Positions 62,761 to 64,000 of a stretch of DNA of 64,000 nt are shown in pieces; the first letter of the stretch is position 1, and each line of letters opens with the position of its first letter. The position numbers were made by a program, and so were the translations under genes. Under the pieces are notes generated by a model, which was given only the letters and a program-made list of their open reading frames with translations, had not been told where the DNA came from and made no database searches. This DNA is from Eledone cirrhosa (Eukaryota), in assembly GCA_964016885.1 (NCBI GenBank), contig OZ024744.1, positions 107,942,001 to 108,006,000 on the forward strand. The letters run 5' to 3'.

Positions 62761-63316
62761 AACACCACCTTTCCCGATAAAATGTAATTCAATGGTATAT
62801 ATCCAGTTCTAGTCAACATACCCTAACTATATTTCCTTATTTTTATATATATCTTGCTTTGTTTTTTTTTGCCCGTTAAACTCTTGCCTTTCTTGAGGAG
62901 ATTTTTCAAATATTTCACTATGTTTTAAATTATTGCCTTGTCCGTATTCGTCTTATTCGGGAAACCTCTGGTAATGAGGTAATTATATTGTATTGTTTAT
63001 TATATATATATATATATATAGTATTAAGGGTACTATTTATGGTTATGTATGCAATAAAACCTTTGATGGTAATATATTATATATACACAAACCCTAAATA
63101 GTGAGAGATAGTCTTTAATTACTATCCTATTACCAGTAAGATAAATAGCTCAATGTAATAACATCAGTTGTTATACAGAGCAGTTATATATATATATATA
63201 TATATATATATACTAATTTAAAGTCTCACAACTTATATAAAATGTATGATGCTTATGTTTCTCAGAAGTAAGGACTGTGCGACCAGAATATTGGATTGTA
63301 AATAAAATATAAATAT

Positions 63317-63347
63317 ACTAGCTGAATTACCCGGCGTTGCCTGGGTT
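63317..63347 (+). mobile_element. Helentron/HINE-like terminus
   Basis: actagctgaattacccggcgttgcctgggt hairpin. Confidence 0.5.
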
Positions 63348-63941
63348 ACTGCTGTTCTTATTCAGATTAGTAAACAATATCAAAATTGTAATGATAATAG
63401 AATTTAGAAATGAAAATCTGTCAATCTTAACAGTCAATCCAGTTCTAGTCAACATAGTCTCTTTTTTTTTATTATTAACATTGCTCTGTCTCTGATATGT
63501 TATAAATGTCAGATCTGGTTGAGAAAATGGAGGATTGAAATTTGACAGCTTATCTCTAGATTCATCCTGAAACTTTTCCCACCCTTAACTAATTATATTT
63601 TTGCTAAATGATTTCACTTGCGATAGATTTGGGATGTTGTCTATATTATGTCCCTTCATACTCCTTCATGCAGATCTGACTGATCAGCCAGTCTGCTAAT
63701 ATGCAAATCAGACAGATCAGTCACTGTGTATTTTTGAAAATAACATATATTTTCACTAGCTCTGACAGTTTGGCAGGTGAACAGTGAGCTGTACTGATGA
63801 AGGGTGATACTCAGAAACATTAGTGTCTGCAGTTCTGTTCGCATGATGCCAACACAAGAGCAAGAATGTCATTCTACTGACATGGCTATAAAATTGAGGC
63901 TTGTTTGCATAATTGCAAACGAATCGACTGTTATTATTAAA

Positions 63942-64000
63942 TTGGCAGTATCAGTAGAGGGTCGGACACCATGCTTTGACGCATAGAGTTACGGCCCTTG
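63942..64000 (+). mobile_element. tRNA-derived SINE head (runs off the window)
   Basis: Near-identical to the reverse complement of ~35135-35192 (gtagagggtcggac.ccatgctttgacgcatagagttac). Confidence 0.8.

Noticed and set aside
61335-62812. Phe/Ser/Leu-rich membrane-protein-like ORFs and the 148-aa ORF
   Set aside because: Derived from purine-rich low-complexity sequence and SINE remnants

Overview
This is eukaryotic, transposon-dense, apparently intergenic or intronic DNA. The (TA)n/(CA)n load and the SINE types resemble cephalopod (Octopus-like) genomes, but that host assignment is an inference. No confident host gene is present. Bases 1-41 kb are a mosaic of non-LTR retrotransposons: one nearly intact full-length Tx1/L1-clade LINE flanked by (GATA)n, a second 5'-truncated Tx1 flanked by (AAT)n, three large RTE-clade copies, CRE-clade and CR1-group fragments, two Penelope-like elements and tRNA-derived SINEs. 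Between them lie many small fold-back or partial-tandem repeats. At least four sequence families of these repeats carry type I hammerhead ribozyme (HHR) folds. The most notable is a non-coding 630-bp unit, present as a monomer and as a 1.6-mer, whose HHR shows a compensatory base-pair change; it is a retrozyme-like candidate for circular RNA production. After a 200-N gap, 41.2-61.1 kb is a ~20-kb GGTGGTGGTGTCAGT satellite with kb-scale higher-order repeats. It contains an unlisted, stop-free Thr/Asp (TTTTD) frame on the minus strand preceded by a splice-acceptor-like site. Most ORFs in the supplied track are microsatellite or antisense artefacts. All alignments and folds were done by eye and boundaries are approximate.
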